Assembly: GCA_964234715.1 (NCBI GenBank)
Contig: OZ174284.1
Strand: one strand, 5' to 3'
Origin: Podarcis melisellensis
Taxonomy: Eukaryota
Length of the DNA stretch: 64,000 bases
This document shows positions 1-14,168 of this stretch, one piece after another. A model generated the notes under the pieces. That model worked only from the letters and a program-made list of their open reading frames with translations. It did no database searches and was not told the DNA's origin. Within the stretch, counting starts at the first letter, position 1. Each line of letters begins with the position of its first letter. A program made the translations under genes and the position numbers.

Positions 1-567
1 GGCTGCTAATAGCTGCATATGCCTCAGTTTTCCCGTCTGGAGAAAAAGACATGAATTTTGGCACACGTAGATTGCATCAGAAACCCATCCAGTAGGAAAT
101 GAAATGTAACCCCGTATCTCTGCAAATGTTTGGAAGTTAACAGCAGCCATTCACCAGTTTCTTTCAAGGACCATAAACTCAGCTCTCTACGTTACAATGT
201 ACATTGCATGTGCAGTCCATGTATGGTAAGCGGGCACTGTCAAACTCCCTACTTGGTTTTGCAAAAACTGAACTCCAACATATTTGTTGTCTTCATATTT
301 GTACAGTTTGATGAACACCCCACAGTAACGATATGAGACTAGGTGGGTCATTTCAATTAATGGGGGTTTATTTGCTCATCAAAAGGAAAAAGAAAAAGAA
401 AAAGGGTGGGGACTTGGAAGCTTATAATATGTACTTGAGAGAGGCAGGGAGTGTGCTTGCCGGGGCTGTTGGCATTTGCAAAAAAGTGAAACATGTGGCA
501 ATTTCGTGAGTTCCTCCATTTTAAGCAAGATTTCTAATACCCTCTGCTTTTGAGGACTCCTCTAAGT

Positions 568-917
568 GGACGTGGGTGGCGCTGTGGGTTAAACCACTGA
601 GCTGCTGGGCTTGCCAATCAGAAGGTCAGTAGTTCGAATCCCCATGACGGGGTGAGCTCCCGTTGCTCGGTCCCTGCTCCTGCCAACCTAGCAGTTTGAA
701 AGCACAAAGTGCAAGTAGATAAATAGGTACTGCTCCGGTGGGAAGGTAAACGGCATTTCTGTGTGCTGCTCTGTTTCGCCAGAAACGGCTTAATCATGCT
801 GGTCACATGACCCGGAAGCTGTATGCCGGTTCCCTCGGCCAGTAAAGTGAGATGAGTGCTGCAACCCCAGAGTCATTCACGACTGGACCTAACAGTCAGG
901 GGTCCCTTTACCTTTAC
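568..917 (+). mobile_element. Sauria SINE, full length
   Basis: tRNA-like head with A/B boxes (GGTGGCGCTGTGG, GTTCGAATCC), GTGCAAGTAGATAAATAGGTAC core, (ACCTTT)n tail, flanking direct repeat CTAAGT(GGA). Confidence 0.9.
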
Positions 918-2299
918 CTAAGTGGATGCTAGCTGTACAGGAAGAATGCTCCTGGTCATGAAACTGCAGAAACCAGAATGGATGCAGGATCTGAAATAGG
1001 CTAGTGGGCATAAGTAACTGGTTCTGGGTGACTGGCTTGATTTATTAACTTACCTGCTAGCTCATGCACCTTATAGATCCATTCAATCCAGACTTTACCT
1101 GTTCTTCTTTCTGACATGTATGCCTGATGTGTGGAATGTTAATTTTCATTTGCAGGGTGCTTTCAACCAGCCCCATTCTCCCTTGCTTGCAGTCCTTAAT
1201 GTGACAAATGTAACTTTCATAACAGAAGCACGAAGTATGGGGTACTGTTAATGTTAGCTACGCTGAAGCAACTTAATTATTTATAAAGATTATATTCCGT
1301 TTTTGTCCAGGAGCACAAATGATCAGAGAGGAACCCTGGGATTGACATGGCATCATAAATGCTGAAAATGCAACTCATGCAGTTCGGAACTCAGCTAAAT
1401 CCTTTCTGCTTTCTGATGTTCTGATTGCTGCCATTTGGTTGCCGCCTTGTACCATAGAAGAGAGGAGAAACTTGTTGGTCTAGTACCTTTAAATAATAAA
1501 GGTGCTTAAGGTTCTATCTCTCACCCCCAGGATCCAGATAATTAAAGTAAAGTGTCTATTTATTTTGTTCTGGGCTTGTTTATTACTGTTTAATGGATAA
1601 GATGGGACATAATACTAAACCATAAGTTAGCAGCGCTGGAATAAGCCTGGGTGAGTCTTATGTTCACACGCTCCAGCTTTCACTATTCACCACATTGGCA
1701 GTGGAAGGACTATGTGAAACATCCGCTTCTGTTTCAAAACTAGCTGCAGTTCGTCGTGAATATAAAGGGCAACCAATAGTTTAAACTAGAGGTGTTCTGA
1801 AAATTCACAGGAAACATTTCCTAGGAATAGGAGGCCTGTTTGCATATTCTTCCAAGAATATTTTATACACGTGTGTGTGGTGGCGTCCCCAAGCCCCCTT
1901 GAATGACACTGATCTGGAATTTTGTGGGGAAGCAAACTGACAGCCAAGTTGCCCACTGGAAAAATTCTGAGACATGTTTCCCCAAATTTATGTGCCCACA
2001 AAGAGAGATTGGATAATTTTGAAAATCTGTTTTTGCACAGCTCTAGTTGAAATGGTAGTTTAGTGAAACAAACCAGGAATGACTAACCAAGAAGTAGCAA
2101 AATGGTGATTGGAAGCATCCAATTCCTTTAAAAAAATAAAATCTCCTCCTTGCAACTATACTGGAAAAGGAGAAAACAGAGAGAAAAACATGGTCCTAAT
2201 GCTACCCAGGCTATTGTTTAGCACTACTTCCAAACTGGACAATTGTAACATATTTGGATTGCTTTGGTAATGGACTGGATTATATCCAACAAACTAAAG

Positions 2300-3142
2300 C
2301 ACATTTCAGATGAGACTGAGACACGGTTAGCAGGTGGTTCTCTAAGCCAGATGGATGTGGGGGTTGGCTGCTCTTGAAGGCAGTGGGTACATAGTTTTGG
2401 GGTACATCTGGATCCTTGCTGTTGCTTGAGGCTCAGGTGGCCTCAGTGGCACTGAGTGTCTTCCATCAGCTTCGGCTGATGGCCCAGCTGTGCCCCTCTC
2501 TGGACAGAGATGGCCTAACATTTGTCATCTATGCTCTGATAACCTCTAGGTTAGATCACTGCAACAACATTAGACATAGTGCTGTCTCTGAAGATGGTTC
2601 AGAAGCTTCAGCTGGTGCAGAATTCAGTGGCCAGGTTGCTCATTGGGGCAAGGCAATTTGAACATATTACACCAATCCTTGCCCAGCTGCACTGGCTGCC
2701 AGTAATTCAAAGTGTTGGTTTTGACTCTGGCTCAGATCCACAAAACCTCAAGGAGCACCTCTCCCTATATGAACCAATCTGGACCTTGTGATCCTCATCT
2801 GAGACACTTCTTTGTGTGCCTTGTCCACGAGAGGTCCAGAGGGTGCCAACATGAGAACGGATATTTTCTGTGGTGGCTCCCTGTTTGTGGAGTACTCTCC
2901 CAAGAGAGGCATGTCTGACCCCTTCATTACATATCTTTAGGCCCCAGGCAAAAATGTTCCTCTTCAACCATACCTTTGACTAATTAACATTCTAAGTCCT
3001 TTCAAATGTGTTTGTGGGAGGGGGAGTTATTGGTTTGTTTTTGTTGTTTTTTGATTATGTATTTTGTGTTCTCTTTTTGTATTTTTCTGTTGCGAACTAC
3101 TCTGGGATCTATGGAAAGAGTGGTATACAAATTTAATAATAA
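2300..3142 (+). mobile_element. L2-clade LINE 3' fragment (degenerate ORF2 C-terminus and 3' UTR)
   Basis: ALITSRLDHCN / KLQLVQNSVARLL / EHITPILAQLHWLPV across frameshifted ORFs; ends in AAT repeats; boundaries approximate. Confidence 0.85.
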
Positions 3143-3285
3143 TATACACATTATTTTTCTTTTGTATTTGTTTTATTTATTTGATTAGCATATATTATTG
3201 TTGATCTACCTTTCGGCCTTCTGGACCCTTCTGTCTAATCAATAATGCTCACATTGTCTCTATGTGAAGATGTTCGGATATAGGA

Positions 3286-3424
3286 CAGGACTAGAGAACC
3301 TTTGGCCCCGACATATGTTGCTGAACTGCAGCTCCCATCCACCCTAGGCAGCATGGCTCATGGTCAGGGAAGATGGGATTTGTAGTTTAGCAATATCTAG
3401 AGGGAAAATAGTTTCCCACGCCTG
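3286..3424. mobile_element. Older short palindromic hAT MITE
   Basis: CAGG...CCTG ends, same internal CTCCCATC / GATGGGATTTGTAGT hairpin motif. Confidence 0.65.
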
Positions 3425-5856
3425 ACTTAGGGGAGACTCTTAGTCACTAAGTGTATGATGTATTAATATGAGTACTGGCATAAAATCCCTGTCTCTGGTC
3501 ATCTAAACACCCACAAATTATTCTGATTTTTTGTGTACATAGTGATATGTAATGAACTTCTGATTTATTCATACAGAAGTTAATAAGATTCTTCTTCTTG
3601 TAGAGATACTTTGCACCAACTCTCTTCCCTACTTTTTGTTGCTATAAAAACACAGCTGGTTTTCCTGTGCATGATCACAAATAAATTTGACTCTCATGGC
3701 AGGTTAGTTATAACCAAGCATCATAACAATGATAAACAACAATAATATTTCACACTGTATGAGCATCTCTACACACAAAAGCTGTTGGGATGTTGAATTT
3801 GAAAATCATCAGGCATCTTTCTTGGCTGTGTTTTGACATTAAGCAAGAATAGCTAGGGACCAATCCTCAGGAGAAAGAGAAGCTGATGCTTTTGTGGTAT
3901 CTTGAGAGGCATAATTCCTAGAGATGTGTGAACTCATTATAGCTCAGTATGCAGCTGAAGTGTCAGAAGTATGAATTCCTAAAAAGATTAGCTTTTTTTG
4001 CTTTTCTTTTTAGTGTTCTAAGCATGTTTGACCTTTGCATGTGTGCAGGCATGTTTTCATACGATTTAGGAAAGTTCTTCACATCCTTGCTTACGTTTGC
4101 TCCATTGAAGCCCTGAAAGCTGCAGAACCCTCCCCATCATCTGTGAGTTCAGCACTAGCGGAGGAAGAGGCATGCTGTGGGAGCGCACCTCCCCCAGCAG
4201 CGCGATCCCAGCAGGGTGCCATCGCGGCTGCCCCCCTGCCTGTGCCGGGTGCCATGCCCCTACGGGCGGCACACCATGCCCCCAGGACGCATGCCACGCC
4301 CCTACAGGTGGTGCATCACATTCCTGGGACGTGTGCCAGTCCTGCCCCCGCATGCTCTCCGCCCCCCAGTGCCGGAGCATGACGCTCTGCCACTGGAGTT
4401 CAGAACCAAGCAAGGAGCCAGAAATGAGGCTTATAAGCAGGTTAAACATTACATTACAAACCCATTATTTGCACGCTCTGTCAGCATCCCTATCATTTTA
4501 TTTTATGAAGGTCATTTAAATATGTGCTGAAAATCATGTCTTCTCCAATATTTATGAGCTGGCCTTGGCGCACGGAGTCCTCTCACATATTCTCTGCTTT
4601 CTTCCCTCTGTTGAGCACTTAATGGCAGAGCAAAAAGATCACAGAATTGCCTGAAGATGGGATTCTGTTACCATGCAATTTTAGTTGTTAATACCTCCTT
4701 GTGGTGAGGGGAGCAGGGGATTAGGGAAGAGAAGGAATGGGAGTAAGGGTATGCAAGCCTATGACACATTCCTGATCTCATGGAGTACACAAACTGGAAT
4801 GAAGGCTCGTCAAGATAAGGAAAGGTTATATTTATTAAAGTATAACAAGGTAGAATTTATGCCATTCTCGCATAAAATGTGTGGCCAAGTATGACCTGCA
4901 CATACAGGTAGAAAATCTCACCTGCTGCTAAGGGCCAAACCACCCCAGAACAACTTCAATACTCAAGGAATCTTTCCCCCGGAAGTCTTGCAAAGTTCCC
5001 TCCTTAACTGTGTGGTAGGGAATGGTATTAATATGTAGTAAAGTGTGCTGTGTCGACCTGTAAATCCCATGTTCCAATTAAATACTATAGAAATTGACAC
5101 GTTGCTGCTAGAATAAATAAATAATAATTGGCAGGTCTTAAAATCAAGTGAGAGTTTAGAATTAAGTCGTTGCAGTTTAGATTTTGTATATCTTTAAATT
5201 GTACTCATGAATACTCATGTCTATTGAATCTGGATATATTTTATGTATAGAGTCTAATGCCAGTGCTTCCCCTCCCCCCTGCACAACACTAGCTGAGGCC
5301 CCCACCCTTACTTGCTAGCCAGGGGCAGTGTCTCCTTTTTCCTGTGCTGGGGCTTACTTAAAAAAAGAAATTGGGGTGGAGGAGTAGTGGGGGTGTCCTG
5401 CGTATTCAGGCTACCCTGGTCTGGCTGCAAGGGAAAGTTGCTGGCAAGTGCTGCCTTTGCCCCAGTGAGGCGCTCTTTTCAATGGGTGCTGCTGCTGCTC
5501 ATGTAGTGTGTGTGTGTGTGAACACAGGACAGAGGTATGTACGTGTGCTTTGTTTGAAAGAGGAAGGGTTGCATATGGGGTGGGTGGGTGAGGAAAGGAA
5601 AACATGTATATGAGGTCTTTGTTCATATGAGAGAAAAGAGACTATGTATGTGGGGTCTGCAGGAGTAGGGAAAGGTGAAGCTGGACAGAGGAAGGTCTAT
5701 GTGATGTGTATGTAAGTGTTTGTGTGTGCAAGATGCGGGGAGGTGTGTGTACATGTGTGGTATGTGAGAGAGAGGGACAGGTGCACCTGGACTGAGAGGA
5801 AAGGAGGCATATATGTGTGGTTGTGTGAGAGACAGACAGGCATGTGTGTCTGTGGT

Positions 5857-5859
<3 letters not shown>

Positions 5860-5913
<54 letters not shown>
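5860..5913. repeat. (AAT)n microsatellite (LINE tail derived)
   Basis: Direct observation. Confidence 0.95.
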
Positions 5914-6107
5914 TTATTTGTACCCTGCCCATCTAAATGTCAGGTTGTTGTTTCTTTGACATCTGATGGAAGGGTGTTCCACAGGGTGGGCGTCATGTAT
6001 GTTGAGTGCATGTGGGTGTTCCATGCCCGTGCAGAAGAGAATGTGGTTGGTCACCTTGTATATTTTCCATGGAACCAGGTTATGTTCCCTGTGGTTTGTA
6101 GACAACA

Positions 6108-6110
<3 letters not shown>

Positions 6111-6160
<50 letters not shown>
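6111..6160. repeat. (TC)n microsatellite
   Basis: Direct observation. Confidence 0.95.
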
Positions 6161-6163
<3 letters not shown>

Positions 6164-6727
6164 GTGTGGGTGTGTAAAATCAATATTGTGTGACTGCCAC
6201 AAAAAAACCAAGCAGGCAAGCACCTCTAATGTTGTGTTATGCCATACCTGCATGGCTAATACTGTGTGCCACATCATACACTCCACACTGGGCGTTTTGT
6301 GATTGACAGCAGTGTTAATTTTAAATTCTTTTTAACAAAACCTTCAAAATTATCTATAAATCTTCATTTTTTAAAAAATGTATTTTTAAGTTTTATTATC
6401 AACTTTTAAATTAAGGATTCCTCACAAATTCAATGGAAAAGTGGGTAGAGGGAATGCAAGAAGAGGGGAAAGGCACTTTATACTTTCTCAAGGTGTGAGT
6501 ACAGACACCTCAGTTGTTGTTGTTTTGCCACCTCCACGCTTCCCCCATACAGAGCATCAGCTAATTTGCTGTTATGAAATAACTTTGCATACTAGAAGTC
6601 ATTGTCTGTTTCATATTAGAGAAGATTCAGAGATATGTTATTGGAATGATGGAATGATGATTGAGATCTCTTCTTATATTTTTGCATGTGCAGTATATTG
6701 TTAGCTATATACGCTGTTTCGTTGCAG

Positions 6728-6836
6728 GGGAAGATCCTGAAGCTAGAAGAATGAGAACTGTAAAGAATATAGCAGATCTGAGGCAGAACTTGGAAGAAAC
6801 TATGTCGAGCCTTAGGGGAACTCAAATAAGCCACAG
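6728..6836 (+). CDS. NAV3: NAV3 internal coding exon (109 nt, GEDPEARRMRTVKNIADLRQNLEETMSSLRGTQISHS)
   Basis: ttgcag|GG acceptor, CACAG|gtac donor; peptide recognised as neuron navigator family; phase 1 to phase 2, compatible with the next exon. Confidence 0.95.
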
Positions 6837-7134
6837 GTACTATTTCACAATTGGTTAAATATATACGGGTTGAAGCAGAATGTGTGTGGGTTTTGCAAGG
6901 AGAAACCTTGAAGATGTGCACCCAATTTCATTTTTGCCAGTTTTCTTATTGCCAGTGCTATCCGGTTAAGTAGCAGCCTCCTTAAATTCCATGAATGAAA
7001 TGTGTCAGATTGGGCAATGCCTGTCAATATGCAATTCAGCCCATGCTCACAGAAAGGAGCAAGAGCACACCATTGCTCCCTACTCACCTGACATTCTTCC
7101 CCCATCTCTCCTTATCCTGGGATTTAAGTACACA

Positions 7135-7298
7135 GGACTTTCCCTTTTATCAAGTCAGACCCCTGGTCCTTCTAGCTCAGTATTGTCTACACCTAAACTT
7201 TTCAGGGTTTCAGCAAGGGGTCTGTCCAAGTCCTATCTGGAGAACCCAAGACTTTCTGCATCAAAATATGTGTTGTACTTCTGAACTATGACCCTTCC
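7135..7298 (-). mobile_element. tRNA-derived SINE (Squam3-like), decayed
   Basis: AGTCAGACC..TCTAGCTCAGTATTGTCTACAC..CAGGGTTTCAG. Confidence 0.6.
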
Positions 7299-8011
7299 TC
7301 CTGATGAGTTGGACACACACACACCACTTTGTGTGGTGGGGCTTGCATCTTCTTCTTCCAAACTCCATGCCTTAATTAAGTGGATTAGTTTTAACAGGTC
7401 CTACATGTGTAAAATCCAACACACATAGACCCAAACCATGTAGACAATTCTCTCAAATATTTTTCTAAATACTAATTGCACAAAATGGGTCCATGTATGT
7501 TGGATTTTACAAGTATAGGTTAAATGCTAAATGGACATATGTCCTATGGATATTGAGAGATGCAATAGTACAGCAGTAATGACAGATTGGCAGGAAAGAA
7601 AGATATGGGACAGATCAGAAACTGGGATTATCCAGTCAAGGCCACTGTCCATCTAAACCACAGAACATTTTCATTTACAGCAGAAATGCTAAAAATGGAT
7701 AAGCTGTCTAAAATGCCACCATGAGATTAGCTGCAACTTCTGTATATGTTGAGCATGAAAGACCCTTATTTCCCACTGAGATGTTGCATTTTGATTTTCC
7801 ACTCTTATTCTTCTCAAAATCTACCTGCAGTAAAATGATGAAACAAAAAAGTATCCTTTCTTTGAAAGTGTTGAATAAAGGATTTGTTCTTGTAGGAAAA
7901 TGAATGCATTAAATATAAACTTTGTTTTTGTTCTGACTTTTACTGTCTCTCCCCTCCCTATGCTCAGAAGTATAGATAGCACAGTTCATCAGTTTTTGTT
8001 TTGCTTCACAG

Positions 8012-8395
8012 CACATTGGAGACAACATTTGACAGTACTGTGACAACCGAAGTGAATGGGCGAAGCATCCCAGGCTTGGCAAGCCGATCCTCTCCAGTGA
8101 CCTGGAGGCTTGGACAAGCTAGTCCTCGTCTCCAGGCAGGCGATGCTCCTTCCCTGGGTGGAGGGTATCCTCGCAGTGGTGCTAGTCGCTTTATCCATAC
8201 TGACCCTTCTCGGTTCATGTATACCACGCCTCTTCGCCGTGCAGCTGTTTCTCGCCTTGGGAACATACCCCAGATAGACATGAGTGAAAAAGGAAGTAGC
8301 GATCTGGACATTTCCTCTGATGTTGATGTTGGAGGATACATGAGTGATGGGGACATTCTTGGGAAGAGCCTCCGTGCTGATGACATCAACAGCGG
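8012..8395 (+). CDS. NAV3: NAV3 internal coding exon (384 nt, TLETTFDSTVTTEVNG...SLRADDINSG)
   Basis: ttcacag|C acceptor, GCGG|gtaag donor; peptide closely resembles mammalian NAV3 as I recall it (SRFIHTDPSRFMYTTPLRRAAVSRLGN). Confidence 0.96.
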
Positions 8396-9444
8396 GTAAG
8401 TGTTTGCCTCCCCAGACCCTCACATAACACACAATGTTCTTCTTGTTTGATGTGGCCACTATAAGCACCATATGATTCGAAATATATTTTCTGGGTGGGT
8501 TGGCCCCCAAAATATTTATTATAGTGATGCTCCCTAAGGTATGCACCATCTTTCTTTTGTCTTTTTAAAGGCATGGAGAAAGGAGAGGCAGAGAGAGAAT
8601 GAAAAACTCTCAGTCATCTCGTGTTATTGATGTGTCTGAGGCTAAGTTAGGCCAGCCCCCTGGAAACAAAAATGCTTCAGGGAAATTCATTTGCCACCAA
8701 TCTTGGGGTATCTTATCTTGCCCCGGCTCCCAATGTATGGCTTAAAAACCTGGGCCTAAAAGTTTAGTATCACCCTTGTGGTGGGGCATCCGGTCAATCT
8801 GCCCCTGTAGAAACAATTCTGGTCCACCATTCTTGACAGGTGTTTGGTTTTGTGAGTCAAAAAATGTGTAAGACTGAATTAGATCCTCTTCTTAACATTA
8901 ATGGTAGATGTGTTCCTTATTTTAGTAGGGGCCAAAAAACAGAAGGAATGTGTGTGCTATAATGATCTTAGCACATTGTAATGAATGATAATTAAATGAG
9001 AAAGAGATTACAAAGTTTTCAGTTTGCTGTGCACACCATTCCCTCTAGGTTTGTTTTGTTCCAGTTGGTAGATGGCAGACATGTTTTAAATGGGGCAAAC
9101 AAAAACCTGTTTCTTACAGGCGTGAAATTTCAATACCTACCTGTCAGATTCATTCTGTTGAGAAATAAGCTTTTCTGGAGTTTATTGGTTGTGCATTTTA
9201 TATCTGACCACAGGAATAACCTCAAGAGATGGGAAGGTAACATTTATTAACTTTATCTAGTAGGGACTGCTTTGGGGCACTTCTGAATTTCAGTACTGCT
9301 TGCAATTTGATGGGGATTTAAACACAAGTGGATTTTCCCACAATGGCCACATAGATATCTTTAAAATGCTGGTATAGATGAGTTATTCATCACATTGTTG
9401 GGTGGTCACTGATATAGATTTATAGTCACCAATATTTCTATGTT

Positions 9445-9522
9445 TTTCTAGAGAGTATAGCTGTATTAGTCTGTTGCGGCAAAACAGAGTCTTGTTGCAC
9501 CTTAAAAATTAACAAATTATTT
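9445..9522. mobile_element. Penelope-like element terminal fragment
   Basis: TAGCTGTATTAGTCTGT...AGAGTCTTGTTGCACCTTAAAAATTAAC resembles reptile Penelope pLTR sequence as I recall it. Confidence 0.5.
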
Positions 9523-9599
9523 TCTACTTTGTACTGATACACAGAAATGTGTATTTTTACTGCATTACTCAAAGAGTTGTATGTGTTGAGAAGAAATTC

Positions 9600-9600
<1 letters not shown>

Positions 9601-9648
<48 letters not shown>
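9601..9648. repeat. (AAT)16 microsatellite
   Basis: Direct observation. Confidence 0.95.
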
Positions 9649-9649
<1 letters not shown>

Positions 9650-10269
9650 TCCTATATGGAAAATGATGAAAAGGTTTCCCCTGCTTGCCAGTGTTACCAC
9701 TGTTGGCAATATTATGCATCCTTTCTACATAATACATTAGATTCCTAGGACATAGAAACAGAGGCCCTCAGTTCCTCTTAAGATCACTCATGTTCAGTGC
9801 ATGGGTGTGTGATGTTCTCCTGGACATAGTTCCATGGCTGCTTTGATGCATAGGGAAGAACTCTACAAGAATGTAATGCATATATCATATAAGAATTACA
9901 GATTTAGTGTCAGTCAACATGTAACATAATAGGATCGCTGTTTTTGGTTTGTTTTATTAAGGACTAATTATCTGCCCCACACAGCTGCTTTGATGATTGG
10001 TGGGGTTTTTAAAGTCTTTCCTCTCTATAATCCAAATCAACCTCATCCAAACTGGCTATTTGTTATAAATCGGTGTAGGGCTCTAGAGTGGTGGGCAAAG
10101 AAGCAAGGCTGCATTGCTGGTCCAGCCCCCAACACCCATGTGCTGAGAGCAGATGTCAGAGGAGCTAGTAGCAGCTGTCAGGGAGAGAGCAGTTTACATC
10201 AGGGATACATAAGAGAGGAGGAGTGTGTTGAAAACTAATTGAGCCAAATGGTAGATTTCTCGCATCATT

Positions 10270-11105
10270 ACGTTTGGGTCTTTAGGAGATGGGCAGGGGA
10301 ATGGGATCTTGTTGCTCCTTCTTGATTGCTCAGTGGTTTTTAATACTGGTGACCATGGTTTCTTCCTGGACTATTTCCATGAGTTGGGACTTGGTGGCAC
10401 TGTGTTGCAGTGGTTCTGCTTCTACCTGTGGGGATAGGTTCAGAGAGTAGCATTGGGGGAGAATATGTGTCCATGCCCTGGCAATTTTTGTGTGTGTTAA
10501 ATATCTATGGGTTTCTAAACTGTGCGTTGGAGGGGGGTATGGTTTTTAAATTATGCTATGTATTTTTGTGTATTTATTTTGTAAACTGCCCTGTGATCAG
10601 CTGTTGTCCATTAGGAGATTTGGGGCATTGTATCATCATCATACTGATGACACTCATCCCTTTTTCCCATTATATCTGAGTCAGGGGATGCTTTTGTACT
10701 CATGGCTAGCTGTAGTGGTGGGCTGGATAAGGGTCAAAAAACAGAGATTGAATCATGGTAAAATGGAGACTCCATGGGGTGAGTGGTTCCCATATTCAGG
10801 AGTTAGGGAATTCTCCACTTCTGGACAAGGTTGCAATCTCTCTGAAGGGACAAGTTTGGAGGTGCCCCTAGATTCATTCTTGCTATGAGAGGCTCAGGAA
10901 AACTCTGTGCGAACGACTGCCCATTATCTTAGGTTGGTATGCCAACTACACCCTTTCCTGGACAAGAATAGCTTGACCACTGCAGTTCATGTGTTGGTGT
11001 CCTCACAGCTGGACTACTATAATGTGCTCTATATGGGACTTCCCTTGGGTCTGATTAGGAAGCTGCAGCTGGCGTTGAATACCATGGTCAGGTTGTTGAG
11101 TTGTT
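10270..11105 (+). mobile_element. L2-clade LINE fragments, degenerate
   Basis: VHVLVSSQLDYYNVLYMGLPLGLIRKLQL plus decayed RT-region sequence upstream; boundaries approximate. Confidence 0.75.
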
Positions 11106-13731
11106 GTCTGCCTTTCAAAGTATGAAAGACTGAAATCAGAATTAGAGAATTTCAGTCTCCATGTCTAAAACCAAGGCTGTGTTCCTAAGACGAAGTGTGA
11201 CCCATTCAAAGAAGTGGTGCTTATTTCCAAGTAAATCTGCTTGGGATAGAGCTGTATTGTCTGACTGATCACTGATTTAAGAGTTCCGTGGAATTTGGTG
11301 CCACTGATTTCTATGTAAGCATGCATAGAATTGAGCTCTGAAAGTTTCTTCAAGTGTCATACTCCATATTTTTTTTTACATTTTCTGGTTGGACCTGACT
11401 GATGGACCCTGGAAGTCTGGTTCAAAAATGAGAAAAAAGCAGATTGCACTCACCTGAAATCCAGCCACTATCTAGTATAAGAAACTTTGTGCATCTATGC
11501 AACTTAATGACTCATGTGAAAGCATTCAAAGCAGTGTGAGACTTTCTATCTCAGCTAATTTTTCCTTGAATATTTTGCTTGTAACATATACCGATTAACA
11601 GTTTTTGTACTGCTTGACTAAATATGTATTAATTAGTTTATCACCTTAGAGAATAAATTAAGTTGTCTCTTTTGACATCCGTAATGAGAATGACTTGGTA
11701 AATAGCAGCAAGCAGCAGCGCTCTTGGCCAGAATATTTTTAAGTACCATTTCTGTGTTAGAATAAAGAGCAAAAAATGAATAATAAGCACTGAAAATTCA
11801 TGCTTCATTCAGGCATGTCAAGTCTTATCTCTCTTTCCTCTTTCATTCCCACTTTAATTACTTTAAACACTTGGGGATGAGAATCCAGCAGTAATTAGGA
11901 ATTAATGGAAGAGGGGCCTATTTCTTGTGAGGTTCAGCCTCTTCACTAATGCACTACCATGTAAGAATCAAAATGCATTGAAGTCTTGAGTCTTGAAGTC
12001 TTCTCCTCCATTTTCTTACCTTTGTAGTTCTATAGGAATAAAGTCCCCTCCCCTCCCCTCCCCTCCCTGGCAGAAGGCATCATACAATATACACCATCTT
12101 GTATCCATTGGAAAGTAACATTCATGTTTGTATTTCTGGGTGCAAGATCACATCCATAAGTGGTTCCAGTGCCTACAGATATGACTTCAGAGTTCAAATA
12201 CCATAGGTTGGTGTGGAAACTGGGCCCCATTTCATTCACAAGACTTTCTGAAAATGACTAATAAAGAAATTGCCCCTAATAAGCAATTCAGATAGCAATA
12301 CATACCAAAATAAGATTATATAAAAATAATAGCATGGTAAGCTTCCCATTATTATAATTCTGTGGTCACAAACCTCACATCAGTTTCTCAAGCAGGTCAT
12401 CTCTATCTGGTGCATGAAGCTGGCCTGTCCAGGTGAATGTGCTGCTTTCTTGACTTCATTTTGTGATTGAGGCCAGATATGCATAGGATGGGGGCCGTAG
12501 ATAAAGCCACCTCCTCATGAAAGTGTTATGTGTGCACCATGTCACCTTTAAATACTGACAAAAATTTAGTAAGCAGCAAATCCATCCATGCCATTTGTCA
12601 CTGGTGTGCCAGTATATACTGTAAATGCAGGTGGACCAAATACATGGGAAATAATTTAAACCCACAGAGAGCGCCTTTCCATGGTGGACAAGAGTCCTTG
12701 GCCTCCTGCGGGATAGCAAAATGATTCCTTTGTGGTCCCTTCCAGCTCTGATTCTTTGACAACCTTATCTGAACTTGCCATGGATTGAACCTGAGATGTT
12801 GAACATATGGTCTTATCACTGAACTAAAGTCCTTCTCCTGCCTGTATCCTATAAAGAATAGGCCTTAATTAGGCCAGGAGGTGTGTGCCAGTGTAGTTAG
12901 TGTGTCAGTCCTTCTTTTGGTTGTTGGCAGCTGTCTGTATATATCATAATAAAATAAAGATTAGGGTACCTTTTATGGTCCTCCACTTTCACTTTACCAG
13001 GACTAGGTGTATGAGTAGGCACTCCAGGGTATACTCCACCCCATCCCCCTTTCATCATTCATTTGCTTCACTGAGATTCTCACAGAGTTGGCCAACTCAG
13101 CTTTCACATAGGAATTGGTCATATTGAAGCATTTCTGTTGAATATCTGCATCCCCAGCAAAACTGTCTCAGATGGAAGGAGAGTTTTCAAGCCTGAGGCT
13201 TCAAATTTTGACAAGCGCATTTCACATGGCAGCATCTCCTGTCAAGTGCTTTTTCATGTGAGAGGACTGTACCACCTGACAAGTGAACAGCTCAATCCAT
13301 TCCAAGTTACAGTGGTTCTGTATGGCTGCTTCCTTTGTAGAGATCTGCAGTTCAATGTTTATAGATACTTTTGGGTATATTTACTGTAACACCAGTTTAC
13401 CGTTCTCTGTGTTACTCTATTTCTTATCTGCAAGGTAGGAACTGTTCCTCAGTCCTTCCTTCCTTCCTTCCCTTGCTACAACAAAATTCAAGCAGTTATT
13501 CTTCTGACATAGGGGCAAACTAGGCATGACAGCTGTGGAAGGGGGCACTTCAAATGTGGACAACAGTGATGGTGTAGGAGGTTTCACCATGTATGATACA
13601 GGTACCCGTATGGTTTTTGTCATGGAACAAATAGCAGCTGTGGAGGTGTGCATTTAATAAGAAAATCAATACAGTGGGAGATGGTTAAGCACCCACTTAA
13701 TTGCTGGGAAGCATAAATAAGTATTCTGGAA

Positions 13732-13915
13732 GGGAGAAGCTGCTAGGCCAGAATGGTTGTCCAACTATGCCAGTGTTATCTACTCTAACAAGCAGTGGCA
13801 CTTGAGGGCATTGGACAGAAAAGAATCTTTCTGCCTGATCCTTTTGCCAGGATTTAGACCTTGGAGCTTTCTGTAAACAATGCATGTGCTGTACTACTCA
13901 GTTATAGCTCTTCCC
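13732..13915 (-). mobile_element. tRNA-derived SINE (Squam3-like), decayed
   Basis: Weak reverse-complement similarity to the same family. Confidence 0.5.
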
Positions 13916-14168
13916 CTTTGTGCTGACTGCTGTTATCATGAGATGTCCTGTATACAGAGCTACCACTTCACATTTCGTTTGGTTCTTAGTAAGGTTCACC
14001 TTGATGAAATTGGTAAAACCCTGCTTTAGAGTTTAAATTCTGCAGTTCAAAAACTTCATCTCTTTCTTTCACTCTGCCACAGCACTGCATTGACAGTGCT
14101 ATATATAAATAGGTAGCACCAGCTGGTGGCATTTTCTCATGATTAAAATTATATATTTTTATTTTCAG

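Noticed and set aside
5642-6286. ORFs with poly-N, poly-Y, (ER)n and (LS)n tracts
   Set aside because: Translations of microsatellites
7989-8549. Antisense ORFs over NAV3 exons (also 47542-48381, 50726-50992)
   Set aside because: Shadow frames of real + strand coding exons
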